DNA of 63,916 nucleotides, filler included, from Octopus bimaculoides (GCF_001194135.2; 9 parts of 9 records of this genome joined end to end with filler, not necessarily neighbours in it), one strand, 5' to 3'. Counted from the whole stretch's first letter, positions 47,791 through 61,753 are shown. Translations and numbers: made by a program. Notes: generated by a model not told the origin, from the letters alone.

Positions 47791-49034
47791 GCATTGTTTA
47801 TGTTCCATAACTTAGTGGTTTGGCCAAAAGAAACCAATAAAATTAGAACCAAACTTTAAAAAAAAAAATGTACTGGCAATAACTTGTTTGACTAAACACT
47901 TCTAGGCAGTGCCCCAGCATGGCCGCAGTCTAATGACTGAAACAAATAAAAGAAAGAAGATGAAAGATACGCAGAACTGTCGGAGTATAAATACATAATA
48001 ATGTTAATGATCGAATCTGACACATTATAGAAACTTCAAATGTTTTGAAGAACTGCTCTGTTGTTTACGCAATCAAATGCCTAAGGAAAGACAAAAAAGT
48101 TACCACAAGAATTCATTTTCTAGAACAGAAGGCATCGATGCATGTTCTTGGTGACAGTATTCTCTCAATAGTATCTGTGCTTGGCCTGAAGCCAGACCAA
48201 AAACTTAGAATTAATTCCTCCATTCTTGTTTTTAGTCTTGTGAATAGCATCTAATAATAGAGTGTTGCATTGGTGCACATCAGTGATAATTCTCTTCTAT
48301 TTTGCTACAAGCATAAGAGGATGCAAAAAATACAACATGCCCGATTGCCATACTGCACCTCATATAGAGGTTGTGATAATGTGGTCAGTTTATTTGCTAG
48401 AAATAGCAGCTAGCTAAAACTCCTCCTGTTCTCTTAAAGCAAAAAAATAACATTGAATAACATGGTGCAACACAATTTTTGCCCTTGGGTAGCAACTATT
48501 ATTTCTTTTTGTCACATTTATTCAAACCCCAAAGAATCCCTCTCGACATGTGGCTCTGGTGTTCCCCAACTACTCCTGCTCATGGTCAGAGAGGTATATA
48601 TTGTCAGCCAGTAAGAAACATGCTCAAGTAGTTAAGGTTAAGCAAATCTGTGGTATTGAGCAGAATATTTGCGATAACAATATTTCTGTTTCAGCAACTC
48701 AGCGCTGAAGCGGTCTGAAATGTAATGGAAAATAGGTCAGTTTCAAAACATTGATGTCCAGGTCACAAAAGCAAAGTTTGAAGGGAACAGTAGTCATTTC
48801 CTTTGATTTCTAGTTAGAAGTAAATAGGAGGAGGTGGCAGCGGAGGCGGCAGCAATGGTGGTGGTGGTGGTTATGTTAGTGGTGGGGGTGACAGTTCCAG
48901 CGATGATGGTTGTAGTATGTTGTTGTTTAACCTCCAGTCGACCATGTTTGAGCAAACCTATAAATGAAAAGTATTCTTGCTGTGAGTAACCATCCTGTCC
49001 TCCCACTACACCAGGGCTTGACTCTCATTTGACA

Positions 49035-49270
49035 CAGCAGATATGGGGTGGAAGAGGCCTTGTGACAGGCCCTCACATCAGATGACTGGACGTGGTTGGG
49101 GAAGATCTCCAGAGGCTCAACATCACCTTGGAGGATGCAGAGGGGCTGGCATGGAGAGCAATGGTGAACCTGGTCGGCTGTATACATGATGGTATCTCCA
49201 GGACCACTAACCTGGGATAACCCAAGAATGAAGCAAGCAAGAGCATGAAGCAAGCAAGAAGCACGCATGG
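49035..49270 (+). mobile_element. 3' end of another RTE-like LINE
   Basis: LDVVGEDLQRLNITLEDAE..AWRAMVNLVG followed by a gcaagcaa-type tail. Confidence 0.5.
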
Positions 49271-49387
49271 TGATATCTGAGGGAGATCTAGCTGGGATTT
49301 CTAGCAGCGGCAGTGGTAGTGGTAGTAGTGAGGATAATGCTGGTGCTTGTGATAAGGAAAACTAATTTAGTTCAAAGAGTGTAGAAA

Positions 49388-49835
49388 TTTAACTTGATTC
49401 ACTGTTTAGCGTGATTGCCCATTTATAATTTGATCCACTGTTTAAACTGATTCAATGTTAAACTTCATTGACTATGTAACTTGATTCATCATCTATCTTG
49501 ATTCAGTTTATCTTGAACCACCATTTATCTTGATTCACTGCTTAACTTGATTCACCACACCATTTAACTAGATTCACTGCCTAACTTGATATACCATTTA
49601 GTTTGATCCACTGTTTAGCTTGACTCAGTGATTAGATTGATTCTCTATTTAGCTTTATTTACTGTTTAACTTGGTTCTCCATTTAGCTTGATTCACTATT
49701 TAGTTTTATTCACTGTTTACTATGATTCGCTGCTTAGCTTGATTCATTGTTTTTCTTGATTCACTCTTTAGCTTGTGTCACTATTTAGAATGATTCCCTG
49801 TTTAGTTTAATTCACTGTTTAGCTTGATTCACCAT
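49388..49835. repeat. Degenerate 17-bp minisatellite, consensus CTTGATTCACTGTTTAG, ~26 units
   Basis: The 17-bp periodicity is directly visible. Confidence 0.85.
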
Positions 49836-51556
49836 GAGATATGTAAGATGGGAAATGGGAAATGGGGTGCCACTCATTCAAGAACTGGTTAATGGGTGGT
49901 GGGGAGAGGTGGATAAATAGGGTTTCTGTTGCTAATCAACTTGGCTCTACTCCAATCAAATTTCATTCCAGAAATCCTGTTTGCTATCCCTATCAGCTGG
50001 ATGGCTGGATAAGGATGGAAGGGGATGGGCAGGTAGTGGATGGGAGATAGCCGGAGAGTGATTGGGTAGGTGAATGATGTGTAGGGTGGTTGGGTGGATG
50101 AAAGATGGCAGTGGGGTCGTTGAAAAACGGTTATGAGTTGATGGAGTTGGGTGGAGGAGAGGAGTGGCGTTTGGTCAGCATTGCTTTCTTGTGGAACAAC
50201 TCACTAGGCAGTAAGAGTGCTAAGAATACACATGAGGCTTACCACCAATCAACCCCACCTAACCAACCTCGTCTGCCTCCCCCTCCTCCTCCTCCTCCTC
50301 CTCCTCATCATCATCATCATCATCATCACCATCATCATCATCAACACCATCACCACAACTACAATTACTACTATTACCACCACCACCACCACCACCACCA
50401 GCATCACTATTACCATCTTCATCCCCAAAACAACAAAAACTTCAAACAAACTGTTTCTCAAAGAACTGTCCTGGCAGTGATAGCAGTGGGAAAGTGGGTA
50501 GGATGGTGGGTGGGTGGAGTGGGTGATAGTAGGGGGTGGCAGAATCTAAATTAGAGACATGGTACAGGGAGTCAAGGGTGGTTGAAATGGCAGATAACAA
50601 GATGGTGGAATATAATTAAAAGAGATAAGGGAATCTCTTAAAGATAATAACTTGAGATGAGGAACTCACACTAATCCACCCCACAACTCCTTTCCCCAGG
50701 GTTAAAAATAGAGGTAGGTGATAAAGTCACAGAAAGATTACCTGTGGATTGCTGCCAAATAAGACACAGAGCTGTGTGTGCATGTGCATGTGTGTGTGTG
50801 TGTGTACATGTGTGTGTATATATGTATATACATTATTGTATGTATGTACACATATGTGTATATGTTTGTGTGTGTGTGTGTACAAGTGCATGTGTATGTG
50901 TGAGTATATATATATATATATATATATATATGCAGATGTATATGTGTATTATTGTATGTATGTGTATGGGTGTGTACACATGTGTGTGCTTGTGTTCAGT
51001 TGTTTATGTTTGTGTGTTTTTGTGTGTGTGTATGCTTCTGTACATGATAAAGAAAGAGTGCAGGGTACCTTAATCTATAAGCACAAAGAGGTTACCCCAA
51101 TTACTATTTCAATAAATCTCAGGACCAACTTGATAAAAGTTTACCCAAAATCAGGACACGTTAGTATTAAGCAATTGTGAGTTTAAAACGATGGTGGTAA
51201 GCTCAGCTGCACAAGTTCAATTCCCAGCTGAGCTTTCTCACTTTACTGAATTCTTTTAACTATGATTTCCAACTGTTATGAGAACAGCCTATATATAAAA
51301 TGTCATAGTGGCAGAAACATAACTGTGTGAGATAGAATGGTGTGTGGTATTCATTTTAGCTGTCAGTAGTCTGAGTTCAAATCTCACCAAGGTCAACTTT
51401 TTCTTTCATCCTTTTGGTTAAGATAAATAAAGTACTAATCCAATCCAGTACTGGAGTAGATTCTTCTTTCTCACTTATGCATTCTCTTTCTCTCTTCCTG
51501 TCTCCCCCTCTCTTCTCTTTCTCTCTCCATACATACATACATACATACATATATAC

Positions 51557-51587
<31 letters not shown>

Positions 51588-52212
51588 NNNNNNNNNNNNN
51601 NNNNNNNNNNNNNNNNNNNNNNNNNNNNNNNNNNNNNNNNNNNNNNNNNNNNNNNNNNNNNNNNNNNNNNNNNNNNNNNNNNNNNNNNNNNNNNNNNNNN
51701 NNNNNNNNNNNNNNNNNNNNNNNNNNNNNNNNNNNNNNNNNNNNNNNNNNNNNNNNNNNNNNNNNNNNNNNNNNNNNNNNNNNNNNNNNNNNNNNNNNNN
51801 NNNNNNNNNNNNNNNNNNNNNNNNNNNNNNTATATATATTCAGCAGTATCAGCACCAAGCATTCTTCAGACACAAGGGAACTTTAGGTTAGTTAAAATAT
51901 GTTTGTGGCATATTTCAGCTTCTAAAAGCAGATTCACTGCAGTTACCATGGAGAAAAAAATTCACCCTTATGGTAAAAAGGTGTGAAGACACCATATCTG
52001 TCCAGTGCTGCCCCTGTCAGATTCCCAGTTGTGCTTCTAGCTCTTTAGCCATTATGAATAAAGTTGAGGATTGGATTCAGAGAATCAAGCAATGCTCACA
52101 GTAAGCATTCCCACAAGGAATCAGCAATCAGTTCACAGAGTAATTAGATTGCAATGTAGTTGCATAACTTATACACGAATGGTTGAGTTTAACTCTACTC
52201 GTGAATATAACT

Positions 52213-52357
<145 letters not shown>

Positions 52358-53080
52358 ATGTACTCCATATTACTCATCACAGCAATTAAACTTCTCAAAC
52401 TCATCAACAAGCACCCTTCAGAATTACTAGTTGCCAATACAGACTATCACCAGTTCCTTTTGGTTCCAGTTTTACTCCATAACACTCTCTTACCTTGAAT
52501 AGTATTCGACTGCTGCAACAATGGTTCTGAAACTGTGTGCTGAGGATTTGTAAAATCTAAGTGTAACACCCAAAGTAGCAACAGTCAAAATAAGGGTGTG
52601 TACATTTATTTTTAACATGCTGTCAGTCAAGGTTGATCTGGGCATAAACAACAAAATATTTATACCAGCATAGTCATTAAACTGGGTGATGCCTTCTGAA
52701 ATTGGGATTCCAGTATGATGGCAAGGAATAATCATGCATGAAAAAAAATATAGGAATTTTGACCAGTGTGGCCAATAGACATCTTCTGACTTTGTTGGTA
52801 CCAAAACTCAACAGCAATATCTAATTTGTCAGTATAGGTTTTAAAAAAGAACAGAAATCAAGCATAAACTATAACAGGTTTTAATTCATAGCATCAATTG
52901 AAACAAAATTATGTAAATTCGAAATGTGCATACATATTCTTGTGTCACACAAAGTCAATGGGTTCATTTTTTTTTTTGTAGAAAGAAAATGTTATTCAAA
53001 TTATCCATGAAGAAAGAGATGAAGTAATTTTGTATCTTTCTTGAGTAAGTGATCAAATGGAAAGATTTATTTTTAAAAAT

Positions 53081-53580
53081 AGGCATGGCTGCATGGTAAG
53101 ATGCATGCTTCCCAACCACATAGTTCCAGGTTCAATTCCATTGTGTGGCATCTTGGCCAAGTGTCTTCTACTATAGCTCTAGACTAATCAAAGCCTTGTG
53201 AGTGGGTCGTAGCTGTATGGTGTGAATCTTGCTTCTCAACCACATGGTTCTGGGTTCAGTCCCACTGCATGGCACTTTGGGCAAGTGTTTTCTACAATAG
53301 CCTCAAGCTGACCAAAGCCTTGTGAATGGATTTGATAGATGGAAACTGAAAGAACCCTGTCATATATAAATGTGTGTATGTGTGTGTGTGTGCATGTATG
53401 TGTGAGGGGGTATGTTTATCCCCCCTCACCACTTGACAACTGGTGTTGGTGTGTTTATGTCCCCATAACTTAGGCATTAAAAAGTAAGTTCTGGAAACGA
53501 TTTGTTTGACTAAGACCCTTCAAGGCAGTGCTCCAGCATGGCCGCAGTAACTTGACTGAAACAAGTAAAGGAATAAAAGA
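53081..53580 (+). mobile_element. SINE family 1 with tandemly duplicated tRNA-like head
   Basis: Head at ~53081-53208 repeated at ~53209-53330, then body and tail. Confidence 0.8.
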
Positions 53581-53768
53581 ATACATACGTGAGTGTGTGT
53601 GTGTGTGTGTGTGTGCATATACACTTCATATTTGAGGCTTTGATGAAGCTATAAGGTGTTATTCAGGCACTCAACTATGAATCCACTGCACCTTAAAGTA
53701 GAAACAACTGTAAGCTAATGAAGTTCATAAGATAATTGTCTAATCCTTTGTCATCTCACTTTCTTACT

Positions 53769-53830
<62 letters not shown>

Positions 53831-54396
53831 GCAAAAGTTTAGATTCAGATGAATATGGTACTTAAGTTGAGGCACCAGAATTTAGTATGGTATTATCCAT
53901 NNNNNNNNNNNNNNNNNNNNNNNNNNNNNNNNNNNNNNNNNNNNTTAATTAATTAANNNNNNNNNNNNNNNNNNNNNNNNNNNNNNNNNNNNNNNNNNNN
54001 GTGTGGCTAATAAAGAAACCTATCTATCTATCTATCTATCTATCTATCGGCCGATCTACTTGGCTACCTCTCTGTCAATCTGTTAGTCTCCCTATCTCTC
54101 TATGTATCTATATTTAACTATCTGTGTGTTAGTCTGCCTGTTTGTCTATCTATGTCGTTTTCTTTTCCTCTCTGTCTCTCTTTTTCTATCGCTCTCTGTA
54201 TGTTTGTCTCTCTCTCTCACAATTTCTCTCTCTATCTATCTCTCTTAATAATCGTAAAAAATTGAAGAATGACTAATAACGGAGAGTTTCATGCATGTCT
54301 AAGTACAAATGGACAACACTCTCGGCCCTTGAATCACTCTGTTTATTTTTCTGATTACTATTAATGATAAAAGATATTTTTCGTAAGTCTGAGTAC

Positions 54397-54428
<32 letters not shown>

Positions 54429-56144
54429 CATACATACATACATACATACATACATACATGCACCCATACATACATACATACATGCATACATACATACATG
54501 GATATTATGAAATGTGTGTATATCTACTACATGCGTGGGAAATTCTGTTTGTGGGCGTGTTTGTGGAGCTATTAGCTAACTCCTCCTACATAGTTTCATC
54601 GATTTTGATGAAACTTGACACGTGTGTAGGACTCATGCATGTCAGGGAACCTCATGGCATACTCAGATTGTTGGAAAAAAATCGATAATAAGGCCCTTGG
54701 AAGGGATCCTTATATATATCTAATATATTTCATTATAATAGCCAATGGAAATAAACTATTCGTCCATATTTTAACAGCCAAGGGAAATAATCCATTCATA
54801 TTCCTAAATCATTTGGTATAAATCAAATTGAGAATGCTTAGTTTTTAGTATTTTAACTGTTAGAATTATTTTCACAATTTATCCAGTACAACCCTTAAAC
54901 AAGTAAATAGTATTTTCTTAAACAATAGATCCACTTATTTCGGTTAGTGACTTATTCACGAATATACCAACTCTAGCGCTGATGAGGGTAATTATTCTCT
55001 TGAAACGCACAAAGGCCCTTTTCAGAGTTACTTACTTTGAATTGTTATTATATCGTATCTGATTAGCCTGTTATTACGTAACATGCTTCACGATTTTAGT
55101 ATACATACCTTTTAAGTATTTCCTCCTATTTTCTATATACGCTCTTTTCGGTGCTACTTTATTTGAATTCTTACTATCGGATAAGTAATTTCAGGTTATT
55201 ACATAAATGACTTCAAAATTTGAGTATTCATACCTTATTTGGAATTCCTAAAAACAAGATCCTATGTAAAACAGTTTGGTATTCTCTGTAAATGCACAAA
55301 AAACATTTTAAAGGCTACATACTTTATATAGATGTTATTGGATTAGTGAAACAATAAGAAAAACGGAACCAAATTACAGGGTACGCCAGCTAGTAAATAC
55401 ATACAGGTATAAGTACAGTTTTGTAGGTACAAATTAGAAAATTGTATTCAGACATGCGAAAAATATCTTTTATTATTAATACTAATCAGAAAAAGATGCA
55501 GAGTTACTCAAGGGCCAAGAGCCGAGATCCATTTGTATTGTAAATAGAAATGCATGAAACACTCCGACATTAGTCTCTCTTCGATTTCTGGGGATTATAT
55601 ANNNNNNNNNNNNNNNNNNNNNNNNNNNNNNNNNNNNNNNNNNNNTTAATTAATTAANNNNNNNNNNNNNNNNNNNNNNNNNNNNNNNNNNNNNNNNNNN
55701 NGGGGGGGGGATAAGTCGGTTATATCGATCCGAAGGTTCAATTGATACTTATTTTATCGACCCGGATACGATGAAAGGCAAAGCTGAATTTGAACTCAGA
55801 ACGTAGAGACAGACGAAATGACGCTAAGCGTTTTTGCCCGGCGTGCTAACGATCCTGCCAGCCCGCCGCCTTCTAAGTAGTAGTAGTAGTACCAAGAAGC
55901 TAACAATATTTTGCTGATGATGATGGAGATAATGATCATCATGATGCTGTTGACAATGATGATGATGACGATGATGATGACGACCACCACCACGATGATG
56001 ATAACTATGATGATGAGGAGGAGGATGATGATCACGTTGATGACGACGACGACTGCGATGACGATGTCGACGACAACGACGATGACGATGATAATGATGA
56101 CGATGACGATGAATTAGAAATTTGCAAGTCATGCTTCATAACAA

Positions 56145-56163
56145 AAGCGCCATCTGGCGGACT
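56145..56163 (-). promoter_or_regulatory. CTCF-like motif
   Basis: Minus strand CCGCCAGATGGCGC fits the CCRSYAGRKGGCR core consensus. Motif match only. Confidence 0.4.
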
Positions 56164-56689
56164 AATTGTAACATGATTTGTGCGGCGGTTACTTTTTCAT
56201 TATTTTTCTTGTTTTTTTTTACCTTTTTGTTTATTTTGCTTGTTTGTTGTTGTTTTGCTTTCCCTGTACATTCAATATTTTCCTCTGGACAGTGACGTCA
56301 CTGAAGCGAGGCGACAAGACAAAGAAGCGGGCTACGGTTCACCGACTTCTGTCTACATGTCTCACTTGTCGTACCTGGCTGATGATTATGAATGGGCATG
56401 AGTATAACAGCACCTCATTAGCGCCCCCATTAATTACCCTCTTCTCAAAATGATCAGTCATCGATATGGACGCTGCATAAATTTGTTGTTATTGAAGTTG
56501 TTGTTGCTATTGTCTAACCCCAGACCAATCCTGATTCAGATCAAAGACGTTCCAACTGTGGCCCTCCTGTATTTTATTCAGATATAATATACATTACTGC
56601 ATTCTCTACTTCTTCTGTCATTCCTGTTGTTTGTTGCTCCAGACATGACCATCACGTCTATGATTCAGACCTAGTCTATTTAGGACATT

Positions 56690-56900
56690 CTTTTACTTGT
56701 TTCTGTCATTTGACTGCGGCCATGCTGGAGCACCGCCTTTAGTCGAACAAATCAACCCCAGGACTTATTCTTTGTAAGCTTAGTTCTTATTCTATGGGTC
56801 TCTTTTGCCGAACCGTTAAGCTACGGCGACGTAAACACACCAGCATCGGTTGTCAAGCGAGCGTGGGGGGGGACACAAACACGGACACACACACACACAC
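56690..56900 (-). mobile_element. SINE family 1, 3' half running into a gap at its internal microsatellite
   Basis: Matches 40960-41170. Confidence 0.85.
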
Positions 56901-58221
56901 NNNNNNNNNNNNNNNNNNNNNNNNNNNNNNNNNNNNNNNNNNNNNNNNNNNNNNNNNNNNNNNNNNNNNNNNNNNNNNNNNNNNNNNNNNNNNNNNNNNN
57001 NNNNNNNNNNNNNNNNNNNNNNNNNNNNNNNNNNNNNNNNNNNNNNNNNNNNNNNNNNNNNNNNNNNNNNNNNNNNNNNNNNNNNNNNNNNNNNNNNNNN
57101 NNNNNNNNNNNNNNNNNNNNNNNNNNNNNNNNNNNNNNNNNNNNNNNNNNNNNNNNNNNNNNNNNNNNNNNNNNNNNNNNNNNNNNNNNNNNNNNNNNNN
57201 NNNNNNNNNNNNNNNNNNNNNNNNNNNNNNNNNNNNNNNNNNNNNNNNNNNNNNNNNNNNNNNNNNNNNNNNNNNNNNNNNNNNNNNNNNNNNNNNNNNN
57301 NNNNNNNNNNNNNNNNNNNNNNNNNNNNNNNNNNNNNNNNNNNNNNNNNNNNNNNNNNNNNNNNNNNNNNNNNNNNNNNNNNNNNNNNNNNNNNNNNNNN
57401 NNNNNNNNNNNNNNNNNNNNNNNNNNNNNNNNNNNNNNNNNNNNNNNNNNNNNNNNNNNNNNNNNNNNNNNNNNNNNNNNNNNNNNNNNNNNNNNNNNNN
57501 NNNNNNNNNNNNNNNNNNNNNNNNNNNNNNNNNNNNNNNNNNNNNNNNNNNNNNNNNNNNNNNNNNNNNNNNNNNNNNNNNNNNNNNNNNNNNNNNNNNN
57601 NNNNNNNNNNNNNNNNNNNNNNNNNNNNNNNNNNNNNNNNNNNNNNNNNNNNNNNNNNNNNNNNNNNNNNNNNNNNNNNNNNNNNNNNNNNNNNNNNNNN
57701 NNNNNNNNNNNNNNNNNNNNNNNNNNNNNNNNNNNNNNNNNNNNNNNNNNNNNNNNNNNNCTGCTACTACTACTACCGCATTCTTCATTAACCCAATACC
57801 AACGCCAAAACCGCCATCTGTACAACCACTGCCGTGACCACCACCACAGCTGCAACTACATCACTAGTCCCCACAACCGACACGACTGCCACTACCACAA
57901 CCACTACCACCTCCACCACCACCAACAACAACAACAACAGCAGCAGCAGCAGCGATAACAACAACAACAATAACACTACAACCGCCACCTACAACCTGAG
58001 ATATTTCACCTAGAGAACTGGAGATTTCTGATAAAACATGGCAGACATCATAAATTATAGACTGCAAGGTGGAGGAAGGGGGTGGAAAGGAGGAAGAGTA
58101 TGGGAGGGGGTGAAGGAGGGAAAGAGAATGATGAGGGAGAGGAGAGGGAAGAAGAAGAAGAAAGAGGGAAATATAAGGACACAGAACTGTACATACACAC
58201 ATGCACATATATGGACATGCA

Positions 58222-58269
<48 letters not shown>

Positions 58270-58734
58270 NNNNNNNNNNNNNNNNNNNNNNNNNNNNNNN
58301 NNNNNNNNNNNNNTTAATTAATTAANNNNNNNNNNNNNNNNNNNNNNNNNNNNNNNNNNNNNNNNNNNNAGACATTTCTGTGCCAACGTTAGGCCTTTCT
58401 CTAGACGTCATTCTCCCCCCCCCCCACGAGGGAATGAACAACGTGTGCTTTCTACAAGCACTTAGTGTTTTCAAATAAAAACTCCAACAGTTAGAATTTT
58501 AACAGAAATTGCAGTTAATAAAAGAGTAGTTATTATAAATAATAACACTAATAACCAGCAATTTTCACCACGAACACATGTACGACGCGTAACCAACAAC
58601 CTCACAGAGACGAAATACCGCTAATTCGCCCAGCGTGCTAACGTTTCTGCTAGCTCGCCGCCTTTGGTAGATATTTCTTGAAGGTCTAATTACCATATAA
58701 CGGTGTCACGCGTTAGCTCATACATATACACACA

Positions 58735-59275
58735 TTGTGTGAGAATGTCCTAACAATATTTGCAAACTCTGGTACATATTGCTATTTTCTAAAACATACC
58801 TACGTCAGTCTTTTTATATAATCTGTGAATATTTTTATGAAAATGGTTTTGTATCTCTCCAGTTGTACCAATTATAATTTTGATGGCACACATTCCACAA
58901 CTACCATAGTCTTTTTAATTCAACACTTATTTCGGAGTAATTTCTTAGGTCTTCAACTTACTTCTACCCAACAAGTAGATATTTAGTAATGATTATTAAT
59001 ACATTATTCTCAATTTGCTTCATGAAAAAATGGTGACAGGCATATAACTGTTATTTTGTAATCTGCCTGTATGTTAGAGCTTTATAGTGTCTTGGCATTG
59101 TCATTTTCCAAGATAGTTTGAGGTTTATGTGTATCACAGAGGATTTTATTGAAGTGTGGTGGTTGTATGAAATATAGAGAGACCGTAACAAAAAATAGTG
59201 ACATATTTTGGGGTTTTGTCGGATATTCTGATATAATACCGCCTAAATGTTCCACGTGGGTAATATTTGCCATCT
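58735..59275 (-). mobile_element. Degenerate R4/Dong-clade RLE C-terminal region
   Basis: HKPQTILENDNAKTL*SSNIQAD (cf. HKPExVLENDxVKILWDFxIQTD), EISVELKRLW, IIIGTTGEI, KIAI. Confidence 0.62.
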
Positions 59276-59569
59276 ACAAGGCGGTGAATTAGTAGAATCG
59301 TTAGCTGGCCTGGCAAAATGCTTAGCGGCATATCGTCCGTCTTTACGTTTTGTTTTCAAATTCTGCTGAGGTCGATTTTGCCTTGCATCCTTTCGGGGTC
59401 AATAAAATAAGTACCAGTTGTGCACTGGGGTTGATGTAATCGATTTAACCTCTCCCACGAACTTGTTAGCCCTTGAGCCCAAATTTGAAACCAATATTTG
59501 TCATCTATATTGCAGAAATTGCCACTTGCGACCATATAGAAATAGACTCGACTGTTGGTCGAGTCTATC

Positions 59570-59750
59570 CTGACCTGTGGCAAGGAAGAACAGATAGCCT
59601 TCCACTGTCATGTGACTATGGCTGAAGAAGATATGTAGGAATCGGTTGAAACGGTTGAGGATTTATGCTTTCCTCTCAGGCCAAGCTATCATCAACTTCT
59701 TCAAGTATCACTTGAGAAGGAAAGAGGGGTTAGAGAGGAAAGTGCTGGTC
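59570..59750 (+). mobile_element. Possible L1/Tx1 3' fragment
   Basis: SGQAIINFFKYHLRRK resembles L1/Tx1 ORF2 C-termini; short and weak. Confidence 0.35.
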
Positions 59751-59829
59751 CTCATTATATTTTATGAAAAGCGGGAGGCAGTTGTAAAATCAACGTGACG
59801 AAATGGGTTTATATTAATTATGCAGTAGT

Positions 59830-60203
59830 GGAGGCGCAATGGCCCATTGGTTAGGGGCAGCGGATTCGCGGTCATAGGATCGCGGTTTCGATTCCCAGAC
59901 CGAGCGTTGTGAGTGTTTATTGAGCGAAAACACCTAAAGTTCCACGACGCTCCGGCAAGGGATGGTGGCGAACCCTGCTGTACTCTTCCACCACAACTTT
60001 CTCTCACTCTTACTTCCTGTTTCTGTTGTGCCTGTAATTCAAAAGGGTCAGCCTTGTCACGATGAATATCCCCGAGAACTACGTTAAGGGTACACGTGTC
60101 TGTGGAGTGCTCAGCTACTTGCACGTTAATTTCACGAGCAGGCTGTTCCGTTGCTCGGATCAACTGGAACCCTCGACGTCGTAAGCGACGGAGTTCCAAC
60201 TAC
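59830..60203 (+). mobile_element. Full-length SINE family 2 with 12-bp TSD
   Basis: Closely similar to 34640-35026; TSD taattatgcagt at 59815-59826 and 60204-60215. Confidence 0.92.
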
Positions 60204-60984
60204 TAATTATGCAGTTGAGAACTGAAAGTAATATCTGGAAGAAGACAGTTCTTTCTTTTGTTCTTTCTTTCCTTCTTTCTTTTTGTTCTACACTATTCTA
60301 ATATTTATGACCTATTTATTAATGGGTCTTTCTTGCTATTGTTGATCTGACTCTTGTATTCGATGTAAAGGCCCCACTATTTCTGGTTCGTTGTTTTCGT
60401 ATGTATTTCCCTTTCGAACTTTCCCAGTGTCTTGGAGCCCGGGTCAACTTTGCGGCAAAATAGACTACTAGTAAAATATTGAGATCGATTGAATCAGTTA
60501 ACTTGTGTTCAAAACTCCACATAGAAGAGTTCATTTAACCAACAAAATGGCATCCGAATATTAAAATATTCACCTCATTACCCGAGGGTGAAAAGACGAT
60601 TCGTTTAAATATTGCTTTTTTTTCTTGCACATATTTTTCACAATAGCCATTTGCATTCTTATTTGAGGTTCAAATGGTTTCAGTGGGAGCATGAGGAGAT
60701 AATTACAACTGTGCTAACAGTCAACACTTCACCCCAATCCCACAAACTTTTACAAAACTAAGGTAAAATTCTGGTTAATGGTGCAATGAAGTAACATAGT
60801 CCTACAAGCAGTAAGTTAATATATGGGGTCCTTTTAGTTATCTTCAGGGGTTATTGAATCGGGTAGAATAATATGTCTGCTGTCGTTTGAGTTGTTTCTG
60901 AATGTAATGCAATCAAGTATACACATCTATTCAAGGGTGGTGGCGAAAAGTTCCTGGTTTTAAGAAAGGGTGTTCTTTTTTCTT

Positions 60985-61179
60985 TTATTCTTTGATTTGT
61001 TTCAGTTATTTGACTGCGGCCAGGCTGGAGCACCGCCTTTGAGTCGAACAAATCGACTCCAGGACTTATTCTTTGTAAGCCTAATACTTATTCTATCGGT
61101 CTCTTTTTGCCGAACTGCTGATGGGCGGGGGAACAAACACAGACACAGAGACACACATACACACACGTGTGCACGCGCA

Positions 61180-61221
<42 letters not shown>

Positions 61222-61707
61222 GCCTTGTGAGTGGATTTGGTAGACGGAAACTGAAAGAAGCCCGTTGTATATATGTATATGTATATGTATGTGTGCGTAT
61301 ATGTTTGTGTGTCTGTGTTTGTCCCCCCCNNNNNNNNNNNNNNNNNNNNNNNNNNNNNNNNNNNNNNNNNNNNNNNNNNNNNNNNNNNNNNNNNNNNNNN
61401 NNNNNNNNNNNNNNNNNNNNNNNNNNNNNNNNNNNNNNNNNNNNNNNNNNNNNNNNNNNNNNNNNNNNNNNNNNNNNNNNNNNNNNNNNNNNNNNNNNNN
61501 NNNNNNNNNNNNNNNNNNNNNNNNNNNNNNNNNNNNNNNNNNNNNNNNNNNNNNNNNNNNNNNNNNNNNNNNNNNNNNNNNNNNNNNNNNNNNNNNNNNN
61601 NNNNNNNNNNNNNNNNNNNNNNNNNNNNNNNNNNNNNNNNNNNNNNNNNNNNNNNNNNNNNNNNNNNNNNNNNNNNNNNNNNNNNNNNNNNNNNNNNNNN
61701 NNNNNNN

Positions 61708-61753
<46 letters not shown>

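Noticed and set aside
49388-49835. Regular short repeats as a CRISPR-like array
   Set aside because: Contiguous degenerate units without unique spacers, in eukaryotic DNA.
54560-54640. aactcctcc...gattttgatgaaacttg resembling DINE/Helentron-type non-autonomous elements
   Set aside because: Single short copy with no diagnostic termini visible.
54975-55015. CTGATGA...GAAAC hammerhead-like words
   Set aside because: Stem II is poor, there is no NUH triplet, and stem I does not pair.
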